Assembly (NCBI GenBank): GCA_963836215.1
Contig: CAWIIU010000005.1
Coordinates: 690,334-754,333 of the forward strand
Source: an uncultured Actinomycetota bacterium
GTDB lineage: Bacteria > Actinomycetota > Actinomycetes > Streptomycetales > Streptomycetaceae
Reading direction: 5' to 3'
Length of the DNA stretch: 64,000 nucleotides
Shown piece after piece: positions 1 through 7,913 of this stretch. The translations under genes and the position numbers were made by a program. Below the pieces are notes generated by a model that was not told the origin of the DNA, did no database searches, and saw only the letters and a list, made by a program, of their open reading frames with translations. Each line of letters begins with the position of its first letter. Within the stretch, counting starts at the first letter, position 1.

Positions 1-930
1 GGCTGTCATCCCCCGGGTCCAGGACGGCAGGGGCGGCTCCTGGGTGTCCGGACCGGGCAGGGCCGGGTGCGCAGCACGGCGGCCCGCGGCGGTCCCGATC
101 CGGCGGCGGAGGTCGTTGGCGTCGGTGGGCCGCTCGTCCGGGGTCTTCGCGAGCAGGTCCAGCACGATCTGTTGGAAGGCGTCGGGGATCTCGGACCGGT
201 GGGTGCGCAGCGGTTCCGGCACGGTGTCGCGGTGTCCGACGAGTACGGCCCAGGAGTCCTCGTCGTCGAACGGCGGGACGCCCGTGGCTATTTCGTAGAG
301 CACGCAGCCCAGGGAGTACAGATCGCTGCGGTGGTCGACCTCGCCGCCGCCGATCTGTTCGGGCGACATGTAGTGCGGCGTGCCCATGGCGATGCCGGTG
401 CCGGTGAGCCGGGAGGTGAAGCCGATGTCCTCGCCGAGCCGGGCGATGCCGAAGTCGCAGATCTTCACCGCGCCGTCGCCGAGCCGCATGATGTTGGCGG
501 GCTTCAGGTCCCGGTGGACGATGCCCCGTTCATGCGTGTAGGCGAGGGCGTCCGCGACCTGCTCCGCGATGTCGAGGACATCGCGCACGGGCAGCGGGCG
601 CTGCCTGTTCTCCTCCAGAAGCTGGCTGAGATTGCGTCCCTCCAGCAGCTCCATCACCAGGTAGAGGACGCCCTCGTACTCACCGAAGTCGTGGACGACG
701 GTGACCCCGCGGTGCTGGAGGGCGGCCGCGACCCGGGCCTCGCGGCGGAAGCGCTCGCGCAGCACGGTGGCGAAGGAGCCGTCGCGTTCCCGGCCCATCG
801 GCTTCAGGCACTTGACCGCGACGCGCCGTCCGAGCGCTTCGTCCACGGCTCGCCACACCTCGCCCATGCCACCGCGCCCGATGACATCGAGCAGCCGGTA
901 GCGGCCTTGGATCAGCCTGGATTCCGCCAT
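1..930 (-). CDS. Ser/Thr protein kinase (Hanks-type), 3' end runs off the window
   Basis: Hand translation from ATG 930: MAESRLIQGRYRLLDVIGRGGMGEVW...VAVK...IVHRDLKPAN...VKICDFGIAR...GTPHYMSPEQ. Absent from the ORF track because it is truncated at the edge. Confidence 0.95.
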   Translation of the reverse strand, partial: MAESRLIQGRYRLLDVIGRGGMGEVWRAVDEALGRRVAVKCLKPMGRERDGSFATVLRERFRREARVAAALQHRGVTVVHDFGEYEGVLYLVMELLEGRNLSQLLEENRQRPLPVRDVLDIAEQVADALAYTHERGIVHRDLKPANIMRLGDGAVKICDFGIARLGEDIGFTSRLTGTGIAMGTPHYMSPEQIGGGEVDHRSDLYSLGCVLYEIATGVPPFDDEDSWAVLVGHRDTVPEPLRTHRSEIPDAFQQIVLDLLAKTPDERPTDANDLRRRIGTAAGRRAAHPALPGPDTQEPPLPSWTRGMTA

Positions 931-1862
931 TGCCCGCTGTCGCCCCCGTCGCTGTGCTGCGCCCTCCCCGGCCCGTTCAGTATGGCCTCCTGTCTGCGGA
1001 GTTTGTACGGGGAGGGGCGGGCGGCGGGGCCGAGGCGGGCCATTGCCTTGAGGATGTGGCCCGGCGGGAGTTGCCAGCGGACCCGGGAGGGGATGCAGCG
1101 CAGCACCGTGCCTGCGGTGGCGAGCTGCCGCGTGACGCGTTCCGGGCCGGGCGCCCGTCGGCCGTACAACTCATGGGCGTAGCGCGGAAGGGCGTTGTAC
1201 GCGAGAGCGGCGACGCGCCGCCACAGCAGTTCGCGTGCCGGGACGAGAAGGGCCGGGATCGGGGGGCGCTGCAGGAAGTCGTCCACGTCGTGGGCCTCGG
1301 GCCCGGCGGCGAGCCGGGGGCGCACCCGGTCGAAGTAGGCGGCCAGTTCCCTGGTGGAGGCGGGCACATCGGCGGGGTCGAGTCCGACGAGGCGGGCGCT
1401 TTCCCGCTGTTCGTCGAGATAGCGGTCGGCCAGGGTGTCGCCGAGCGGGAGGCCGGAGCGGCGTGCGACGTCGAGGTACGAGCCGACCTCGGCGCAGTGC
1501 ACCCACAGCAGAAGCTCCGGTTCGTCGACCCCGTAGCGCTCGCCCGTCTCGGGGTCGGTGGCCCCCAGCCGGGTGTGGATACGGCGGACCCTGGCTCCTG
1601 CATTCTCGGCCGCCTCGGTGGTGCCGTAGGTGATGGTGCCGACGAAGTCCGCCGTCCGCATGAGGCGTCCCCAGGCGTCCCTGCGGAAGTCGCTGTTCTG
1701 CATGACTCCGCGTACGGCGCGGGGGTGCAGCGCCTGGAGGTACAGGGCGCGCACCCCGGCGACCCACATCATCGGGTCGCCGTGCATCTGCCAGGTGACG
1801 GAGTCGGGTCCGAACAGGCCGGGGTCGGCTTCGGTCATGTGCCTCACAGCTCCCATGGTCAC
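912..1862 (-). CDS. Oxygenase MpaB / DUF2236 family protein
   Basis: GLFGPDSVTWQMHGDP...ALYLQALHP...RLMRTADFVGTITYG...LLWVH signature; the stop overlaps the kinase start; true start may be 1856 or 1838. Confidence 0.85.
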   Translation of the reverse strand: MTMGAVRHMTEADPGLFGPDSVTWQMHGDPMMWVAGVRALYLQALHPRAVRGVMQNSDFRRDAWGRLMRTADFVGTITYGTTEAAENAGARVRRIHTRLGATDPETGERYGVDEPELLLWVHCAEVGSYLDVARRSGLPLGDTLADRYLDEQRESARLVGLDPADVPASTRELAAYFDRVRPRLAAGPEAHDVDDFLQRPPIPALLVPARELLWRRVAALAYNALPRYAHELYGRRAPGPERVTRQLATAGTVLRCIPSRVRWQLPPGHILKAMARLGPAARPSPYKLRRQEAILNGPGRAQHSDGGDSGQWRNPG

Positions 1863-1980
1863 CTGTGGCGCGCCCTTACCTCATGCCCATGGGGCGCGAC
1901 GGGGACCCGGCAGGGGCCGGAAACACGTCCCCCGGACCGGTGGGGCCCGACGGGCGCCGGTCAGGAAATCGCGTCACCTG

Positions 1981-3171
1981 TCATCGTCGCACCCGCGGCA
2001 TTCCCAGTCCGATCCAGGAGATGATCTCGCGCTGGATCTCGTTGTTGCCGCCGCCGAAGGTGAAGATCACCGCGGAGCGGTAGCCGCGCTCCAGCTCGCC
2101 GTGGAGCACGGCGCCGGCCGAGCCCTCCTTGAGCGGTCCGGCGGCGCCGACGATCTCCATCAGCCAGGCGTAGGCGTCGCGGCGGGCCTCGGAGCCGTAG
2201 ACCTTGACGGCCGAGGCGTCCTGCGGCGTGAGCGTGCCCTCCTGGACCGCGTTCACCATCTGCCAGTTGAGCAGTTTCATGGCGTCGAGCCGGGTGTGGG
2301 TCCTGGCGAGGCGGCCACGCACCCAGCCGAGGTCGATGACACGACGGCCGTCGGCGAGTTTGGTGTCGGCGGCCCAGCGCTGGACGTTGTGCAGGGCACG
2401 GATCGCCATGGTGCCGTGCGCGGCGAGCGTGACGCGCTCATGGTTGAGCTGGTTGGTGATCAGCCGCCAGCCCTTGTTCTCGTCGCCGACCCGGCGGGTG
2501 GCGGGCACGGTGATGTTCTCGTACCAGCTCGCCGTGGTGTCGTGCGAGGCGAGCGTGTTGATGAGGGTGCAGGAGTAGCCGGGGTCGGACGTCGGCACGA
2601 GGAGCATGGTGATGCCCTTGTGGGGCGGTGCGTCCGGATCGGTGCGCACGGCGAGCCAGACCCAGTCGGCGGTGTCGCCGTTGGTGGTCCAGATCTTCTG
2701 CCCGTTGACGATGTAGTGACCGCTCTCCTCGTCGCCCTCGCGCACGGCACGGGTCTTGAGGGCGGCGAGGTCGGTGCCGGCGTCGGGTTCGCTGTAGCCG
2801 ATGGCGAAGTCGATCTCGCCCGAGAGGATCTTCGGCAGGAAGTACGCCTTCTGCTCCTCCGTGCCGAACTGCATGATCGTCGGCCCGACGGTGTTCAGGG
2901 CCATCAGCGGCAGCGGCACGCCCGCCTGGGCCGCCTCGTCGAAGAAGATGAACTGCTCCATGGGGCTCAGTCCGCGCCCGCCGTACTCCTCGGGCCAGCC
3001 GACGCCGAGCCACCTGTCGGTGCCGAGGCGTCGGACGGTCTCGCGGTAGAAGCGCTTCTGTTCGCCGGGGTCGCCGTAGCGTGCGTAGACGTTGTCCGGC
3101 ACGAGCCGGGCGAAGTAGGTGCGCAGTTCGGCGCGCAACTGCTGCTGTTCAGGCGTGTATTCGAGGTGCAC
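1981..3171 (-). CDS. Acyl-CoA dehydrogenase, FadE26/FadE29 (ChsE)-like
   Basis: GTG start at 3171 with GGAGGGG RBS; motifs IGYSEPDAGTDLA, NGQKIWT, NQLNHERV, FTFGGGNNEIQR. The ORF-track extension to 3696 is not credible. Confidence 0.9.
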   Translation of the reverse strand: MHLEYTPEQQQLRAELRTYFARLVPDNVYARYGDPGEQKRFYRETVRRLGTDRWLGVGWPEEYGGRGLSPMEQFIFFDEAAQAGVPLPLMALNTVGPTIMQFGTEEQKAYFLPKILSGEIDFAIGYSEPDAGTDLAALKTRAVREGDEESGHYIVNGQKIWTTNGDTADWVWLAVRTDPDAPPHKGITMLLVPTSDPGYSCTLINTLASHDTTASWYENITVPATRRVGDENKGWRLITNQLNHERVTLAAHGTMAIRALHNVQRWAADTKLADGRRVIDLGWVRGRLARTHTRLDAMKLLNWQMVNAVQEGTLTPQDASAVKVYGSEARRDAYAWLMEIVGAAGPLKEGSAGAVLHGELERGYRSAVIFTFGGGNNEIQREIISWIGLGMPRVRR

Positions 3172-3217
3172 GGCCCCTCCGGAGTCTCGCTGTCCGTCCG
3201 ATGCGCGGCGCACACGG

Positions 3218-3231
3218 TAGAACGTGTTGCA
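3218..3231. promoter_or_regulatory. KstR-type operator (TnnAACnnGTTnnA)
   Basis: TAGAACGTGTTGCA matches the consensus exactly, 47-60 bp upstream of the ChsE-like gene, overlapping a minus-strand TACCGT -10-like hexamer (3214-3219). Confidence 0.65.
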
Positions 3232-3245
3232 AGAATCCGGAAGGG

Positions 3246-4454
3246 TCATGGCCTCGGCGTGCGGCCGGCCGGGCCCCGGCCCGTCGCCTGCACGGACGCG
3301 TAGACCGCGTCCACCAGCGCCATCTTCCGCGGGTCGTCGGCGATGTGCGGGCCCATCCGGTTCATCACATAGCCCATGCCGAGTCCCGCGTCCGGGTCGG
3401 CCAGGCCGCAGGAGCCGCCGAAGCCGTCGTGGCCGTAGGCGCGGGCGTTCGGGCCGTACGATCCGTTCTCGCCGCTGAGCCAGAGACCGAGGGCCACCTC
3501 GGTGTCGTTCTTGAAGCCCGCACCGAGCACCAGGTCGCGGCAGCTGCCCTGCCCCTCGCGGACCCGCTCGGCAGCCTCGGGCGACAGGATGCGCCGCTCG
3601 GCGAACTCGCCGCCGCCGGCGAGGATTCCGTACAGCGCGGCGACTCCGCGGGCCGTGCCGTGGCCGTTCGCGGCAGGGATCTCGGCGGCCCGCCACGCTG
3701 GGGTGTTGGCGTGCACCGCGCCGACGACGGGGTTGATCAGGGCCGCCAGGGCCACCGGCTCCATCTGGGCGAAGACCGCGGCCTGTTCACTCGTCGAAGC
3801 GGCCCGCGGATGCACCACCTCGGCGGCCCGCCCGGCTTCCTCCTCCGGCAGGCCGATCGTGAAGTCGATGCCGAGCGGGCCGGTGACCTCCTGCCGCAGG
3901 AACGCGCCCGGGAGTTGCCCGGTGATGCGCCGTACGACCTCGCCGACGAGGAAGCCGTACGTCATCGCGTGGTACCCGGACCGGGTGCCGGGCTCCCACC
4001 ACGGTTCCATGGCCGCGAGGCGGGCGCAGGTGAGGTCCCAGTCGTAGAGGTCCTCGATGGTGTGCGGCTCGCGCAGCCCGGCGAGACCCGCGCGGTGCGA
4101 GAGGAGATGGCGTACGAGAACGCCGCCCTTGCCCGCGGCGGCGAATTCCGGCCAGTAGCCGGCGACCGGGGCATCCAGGTCCAGCAGCCCGCGGTCGGCG
4201 AGCACGTGGGCGCACAGGGCGGTGGCACCCTTGGTCGTCGACCACACATTGACGAGCGTCTCGCGCTCCCAGCGGCGTGTGCGTGCCTCGTCGGCCCAGC
4301 CGCCCCACAGGTCGACGACGGTCTCCCCGCCGAGGAGCACGGTCACGGCGGCGCCCAGCTCGTCCCGTGCGCCGAAGTTCTCCTCGAAGGCCTCGCGCAC
4401 CGCCCCGAAGCGGTCGTCGCAGTGGCCTTCGATCGTGGGTGCGGTCTCTGACAT
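3246..4454 (-). CDS. Serine hydrolase, beta-lactamase/esterase family VIII
   Basis: MSETAPTIEGHCDDRF start; SxxK (WSTTKG), LLSHRAGL, YHA, GHDGFGGS. Confidence 0.9.
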   Translation of the reverse strand: MSETAPTIEGHCDDRFGAVREAFEENFGARDELGAAVTVLLGGETVVDLWGGWADEARTRRWERETLVNVWSTTKGATALCAHVLADRGLLDLDAPVAGYWPEFAAAGKGGVLVRHLLSHRAGLAGLREPHTIEDLYDWDLTCARLAAMEPWWEPGTRSGYHAMTYGFLVGEVVRRITGQLPGAFLRQEVTGPLGIDFTIGLPEEEAGRAAEVVHPRAASTSEQAAVFAQMEPVALAALINPVVGAVHANTPAWRAAEIPAANGHGTARGVAALYGILAGGGEFAERRILSPEAAERVREGQGSCRDLVLGAGFKNDTEVALGLWLSGENGSYGPNARAYGHDGFGGSCGLADPDAGLGMGYVMNRMGPHIADDPRKMALVDAVYASVQATGRGPAGRTPRP

Positions 4455-4516
4455 GGGAGCCTCCATCGCCTCGGCCTGTGGGTCCGCCCTGCCGGTGTCC
4501 GGCCGATCCGAACGTA

Positions 4517-4528
4517 CCGACTGGTCGG
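4517..4528. promoter_or_regulatory. Possible TetR-type operator palindrome
   Basis: CCGAC-TG-GTCGG in the divergent intergenic region 4455-4606; short, and no regulator gene nearby. Confidence 0.3.
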
Positions 4529-4606
4529 ACTGTCGGGAAGCCTTTCGCGCTTTTCGTATGCGCGAGGATGGGAAACGGAAGATCCGCACCCGGGAAGGAA
4601 CCACCG

Positions 4607-5653
4607 ATGGCCCTCGCCGACTCCGTACTCCTGCGTACCGAGGGCCACGCGGCCTGCATCACGCTCAACCGTCCCCGGGCGCTCAACGCGCTGACGCATC
4701 CCATGGTCCGCGCCGTCGACGCGGCGCTCGCCGCATGGGAGAAGGACGATGCCGTACGGGTCGTGGTGATCTCCGGAGCCGGTGAGCGCGGTCTGTGCGC
4801 CGGCGGAGACATCCGGGCCATCCGCTCGGCCGCGCTCGCGGGCGACCGCAGCGCCACGGAGTTCTGGCGCGACGAGTACCTGCTCAACGCCCGTATCGCG
4901 CGCTACACCAAGCCGTACGTCGCCGTCATGGACGGCATTGTGATGGGCGGCGGGGTCGGCGTCTCGGCCCACGGTGACGTGCGCGTCGTCACCGAGAGGT
5001 CCACCGTCGCGATGCCCGAGACCGGCATCGGCTTCGTGCCGGACGTCGGGGGAACACACCTGCTGGCCCGGGCCCCTGGCGAGTTCGGCACGCATCTCGC
5101 GCTCACCGGGACAGCGGTCGGACCGGCCGACGCGATGCTGTGCGGGCTCGCCGACCACTTCGTGCCCTCCGGCCGGCTGGCCGAGTTCACCGCCTCGCTC
5201 GCCCGGCTCGATGTGCCCGAGGCTCTGACGAACTGCGCGGAGCGGGCTCCCGAGGGCGAACTGGCCGCGCACCGCCCATGGATCGACGCGTGCTACGCGC
5301 AGGACTCGGTGGAGGCCATCGTGGACCGGCTGTTCGCGCACGGCGACCCGGCAGCGAAGGAGGCCGCCGAGACGATCCTCACCAAGTCGCCGACCGCGCT
5401 GAAGGTGACGCTCGCAGCGCTGCGCAGGGCGCGGGTCCTCGGCGAGCTGGAGCCGGTTCTGGACCAGGAGTTCCGCGTTTCGTGCGCGGCGTTCTCCCGC
5501 CCCGATCTGGCGGAGGGGGTCCGGGCGCAGGTCGTCGACAAGGACCGCAGGCCGCGCTGGTCGCCGGCCGAACTGGCCCTGGTGACGGACGAGGACGTGG
5601 AGCGGTTCTTCGCACCGCTGGGCGACGACGAACTCGGACTCGCCGAGGGCTGA
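4607..5653 (+). CDS. Enoyl-CoA hydratase/isomerase family, 3-hydroxyisobutyryl-CoA hydrolase-like
   Basis: ITLNRPRALNALT, LCAGGDIR, GIVMGGGVG, AMPETGIGFVPDVG; RBS GGAAGGA. Confidence 0.9.
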   Translation: MALADSVLLRTEGHAACITLNRPRALNALTHPMVRAVDAALAAWEKDDAVRVVVISGAGERGLCAGGDIRAIRSAALAGDRSATEFWRDEYLLNARIARYTKPYVAVMDGIVMGGGVGVSAHGDVRVVTERSTVAMPETGIGFVPDVGGTHLLARAPGEFGTHLALTGTAVGPADAMLCGLADHFVPSGRLAEFTASLARLDVPEALTNCAERAPEGELAAHRPWIDACYAQDSVEAIVDRLFAHGDPAAKEAAETILTKSPTALKVTLAALRRARVLGELEPVLDQEFRVSCAAFSRPDLAEGVRAQVVDKDRRPRWSPAELALVTDEDVERFFAPLGDDELGLAEG

Positions 5654-5666
5654 ACGGCGCGCCGGG

Positions 5667-7913
5667 TCAGTACACCGGCCGGAGCAGCAGCAGGGCGGTG
5701 TCGTCGCCGCGTGGACCCATGCACTCGGCGTGGTCGACCAGCCGGTCCGCCACGTCCTCGAGCGACATCCCCCTGGCGCCGGTCAGTTCCACCGCGAGGC
5801 CCGCGAGGGCATCGTCCATGTCGATGCCCGGTGCCTCGATCAGTCCGTCCGTGTACAGCAGCAGCACGGATCCGGGGGGCATCGGCACTGCCGTGGTGGG
5901 GTACTCCGCCGCCGGGTCGACCCCGAGCAGCGGTCCGCCGGCCAGATCCAGCACATGGACCTGGCCGTCCGGGTCGCGGAGCAGCGGCTGGGGATGTCCG
6001 GCGCGGCTGAGGAGCGCCCGGTGGGCGGGGAGGTCGAGGTGCAGATAGATACAGCTGGCCAGCAGATCCGCCTCCAGGTCGAAGAGCAGCCGGTTGGTGC
6101 TCTCGATGACCTTCCCGGGCGCCTGGCTGACAGCGGTGTAGGCGCGGACGGCCGTGCGGACCTGACCCATCAGTCCGGCGGCGCGGGCGTTGTGTCCCTG
6201 CACGTCGCCGATGACGGCGGCGGCCATGCGCCCGGAGCGGATCACGTCGTAGAAGTCGCCGCCGATGTCCATGCCCTGGGTGCCCGGCAGATAGCGGGCG
6301 GCGACCTCGAGGCCGTGCAGGGCGGGAAGGGTGTGCGGCAGCAGTGCCGACTGCAGACCGTGGGCGAGGGCGTGCTTGGCGTCGTACAGCCTCGCCCGCT
6401 CCAGCGCCTGGGCGATGAGTCCGCCGAGGCTGGTGAGAACCGCTCGCGCGTCCGGGGAGAAGCGGTGTTCGCTCTCGTAGGAGAGCACACAGGTGCCGAC
6501 CGGGCGGCCCGAGGCGATCAGCGGGAGGTAGGCCCAGGCGGCGAAGGGGGTGTCGAGGTTCTCCCCGGCGGCGAACAGTGCGGGGTAGGCGTTCTCGAGC
6601 TCCGCGCGCGACTCGAAGAACGCGGGTACCCCGGTCGCCAGGGTGCGGGTGCCCGGTGTCGCCGCGGTCAGCGGTGTGCCGTCGAAGCGGTCCAGGATGC
6701 TCGGGTCCGCGTAGCCGCGCTGGCCCAGCACCCTCATCCGGCCGTTCTCGGAAACGAGCATGACCAGGGCACTGCTCCCGACGGCCGGCATGATCTCGGC
6801 CGCGACGAGTTCGATCACGTCGGACACACCCACGGCCTCGGTCAGTGCGCTGGAGAGATTGAGGATGTGGGAGATGGCGATCAGGCTCGCGGGCCGATCG
6901 GCGGGCGTCTCGGGCGGTACCGCCCGGACGGTGCCGCTCGCGGGCGTGATGTGCACGCTGATCCCGCTCCTGCTGGGGTGAAGCCGGAACAGCAGCCATG
7001 TCTGCGGCGGGCACATGACGACGAACGAGGTGGTGTCCTGGCTGACCAGCGCCGCACGGTAGCGGTCCTCGTACACGGGATCGTTCATCCAGGGCAGGGC
7101 CGTCCACAGGTGCTTGCCCACCAGCTGCGCGGCCGGCACACCGACGAGACTCGCCGCGGCGGCGTTCGCGTAGGTCACCCGTCCGTTCATGTCGAGGGCG
7201 CAGAACCCGTCCGGCAGCCGGGCGAGCATCTGCACCGCCTCGGCCGCGCCGGTGGTGCCCGCCTTGGCGGAAGGGCCGAGGAAGTCCGCCTCGGGAGCGA
7301 CCGGGCGCCCTTGGGCGGCGGCCCGCTCCAGCCTGAGGGCGAGCCGTTCGCAGGCGGCGGTGAGCTGGTCGCGCTCGACGTCGGTGATCTCGGGCGGATG
7401 GGAGGCGGGCCAGGTGACGAAGACGGCGCCGTACACGGTGTCCCCGGTCGCGACGGGGAGGGCCGCCAGACAGAACGGATACGGCAGGACGACGGCGATC
7501 CGTGGGTAGCGACCGGCCATCTCCTCTTCGCCGGAGACCCAGATCAGCTTCCGTTCGCGCACGGCATCGGCGACGGGGACGGGTGAGGTGAGCGCGACGC
7601 GCTCCCACGGCGCGGCGAACGCGCGGGGAAGCCCGGCCATGACGGCCATGTCGAGCACCTGACCGTCCTGCGGGAGCAGGTACACGGCCCCGGAGTGCGC
7701 CTGGACGTCGTCCATCATCTCGGCCAGGGCGAGTGACAGGAGGGGGTGGGAACCGTTGCCCCCTCCCTCCGGCGCTGCCGTGCTCGGGGCCCGCCGACCG
7801 GTCAAGGCGAACCACCTCCTCCGCAGCGCTATCCACAAGGCTGCCCGCTGCGGGTGTATCCCGCACGGCGAGCGGGGGCATGGATTCCGGTTTCCCGCTC
7901 GCCGTGCGATCAC
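5667..7913 (-). CDS. GAF-PAS-GAF-SpoIIE (PP2C-like) regulatory phosphatase
   Basis: IGGDFYDV, IGDVQGHN, YTDGL, GDDTALL; PAS-like GFCALDMNGRVTYANAAA. Start uncertain between 7913 and about 7718. Confidence 0.9.
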   Translation of the reverse strand: MIARRAGNRNPCPRSPCGIHPQRAALWIALRRRWFALTGRRAPSTAAPEGGGNGSHPLLSLALAEMMDDVQAHSGAVYLLPQDGQVLDMAVMAGLPRAFAAPWERVALTSPVPVADAVRERKLIWVSGEEEMAGRYPRIAVVLPYPFCLAALPVATGDTVYGAVFVTWPASHPPEITDVERDQLTAACERLALRLERAAAQGRPVAPEADFLGPSAKAGTTGAAEAVQMLARLPDGFCALDMNGRVTYANAAAASLVGVPAAQLVGKHLWTALPWMNDPVYEDRYRAALVSQDTTSFVVMCPPQTWLLFRLHPSRSGISVHITPASGTVRAVPPETPADRPASLIAISHILNLSSALTEAVGVSDVIELVAAEIMPAVGSSALVMLVSENGRMRVLGQRGYADPSILDRFDGTPLTAATPGTRTLATGVPAFFESRAELENAYPALFAAGENLDTPFAAWAYLPLIASGRPVGTCVLSYESEHRFSPDARAVLTSLGGLIAQALERARLYDAKHALAHGLQSALLPHTLPALHGLEVAARYLPGTQGMDIGGDFYDVIRSGRMAAAVIGDVQGHNARAAGLMGQVRTAVRAYTAVSQAPGKVIESTNRLLFDLEADLLASCIYLHLDLPAHRALLSRAGHPQPLLRDPDGQVHVLDLAGGPLLGVDPAAEYPTTAVPMPPGSVLLLYTDGLIEAPGIDMDDALAGLAVELTGARGMSLEDVADRLVDHAECMGPRGDDTALLLLRPVY

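Noticed and set aside
3172-3696. ORF-track N-terminal extensions (acyl-CoA dehydrogenase to 3696, tkt to 22641, gvpL to 40500, LCP from 46179, dhaK from 50653, sortase to 52521)
   Set aside because: They overlap neighbouring real genes; downstream starts have clear RBSs and match family N-termini.
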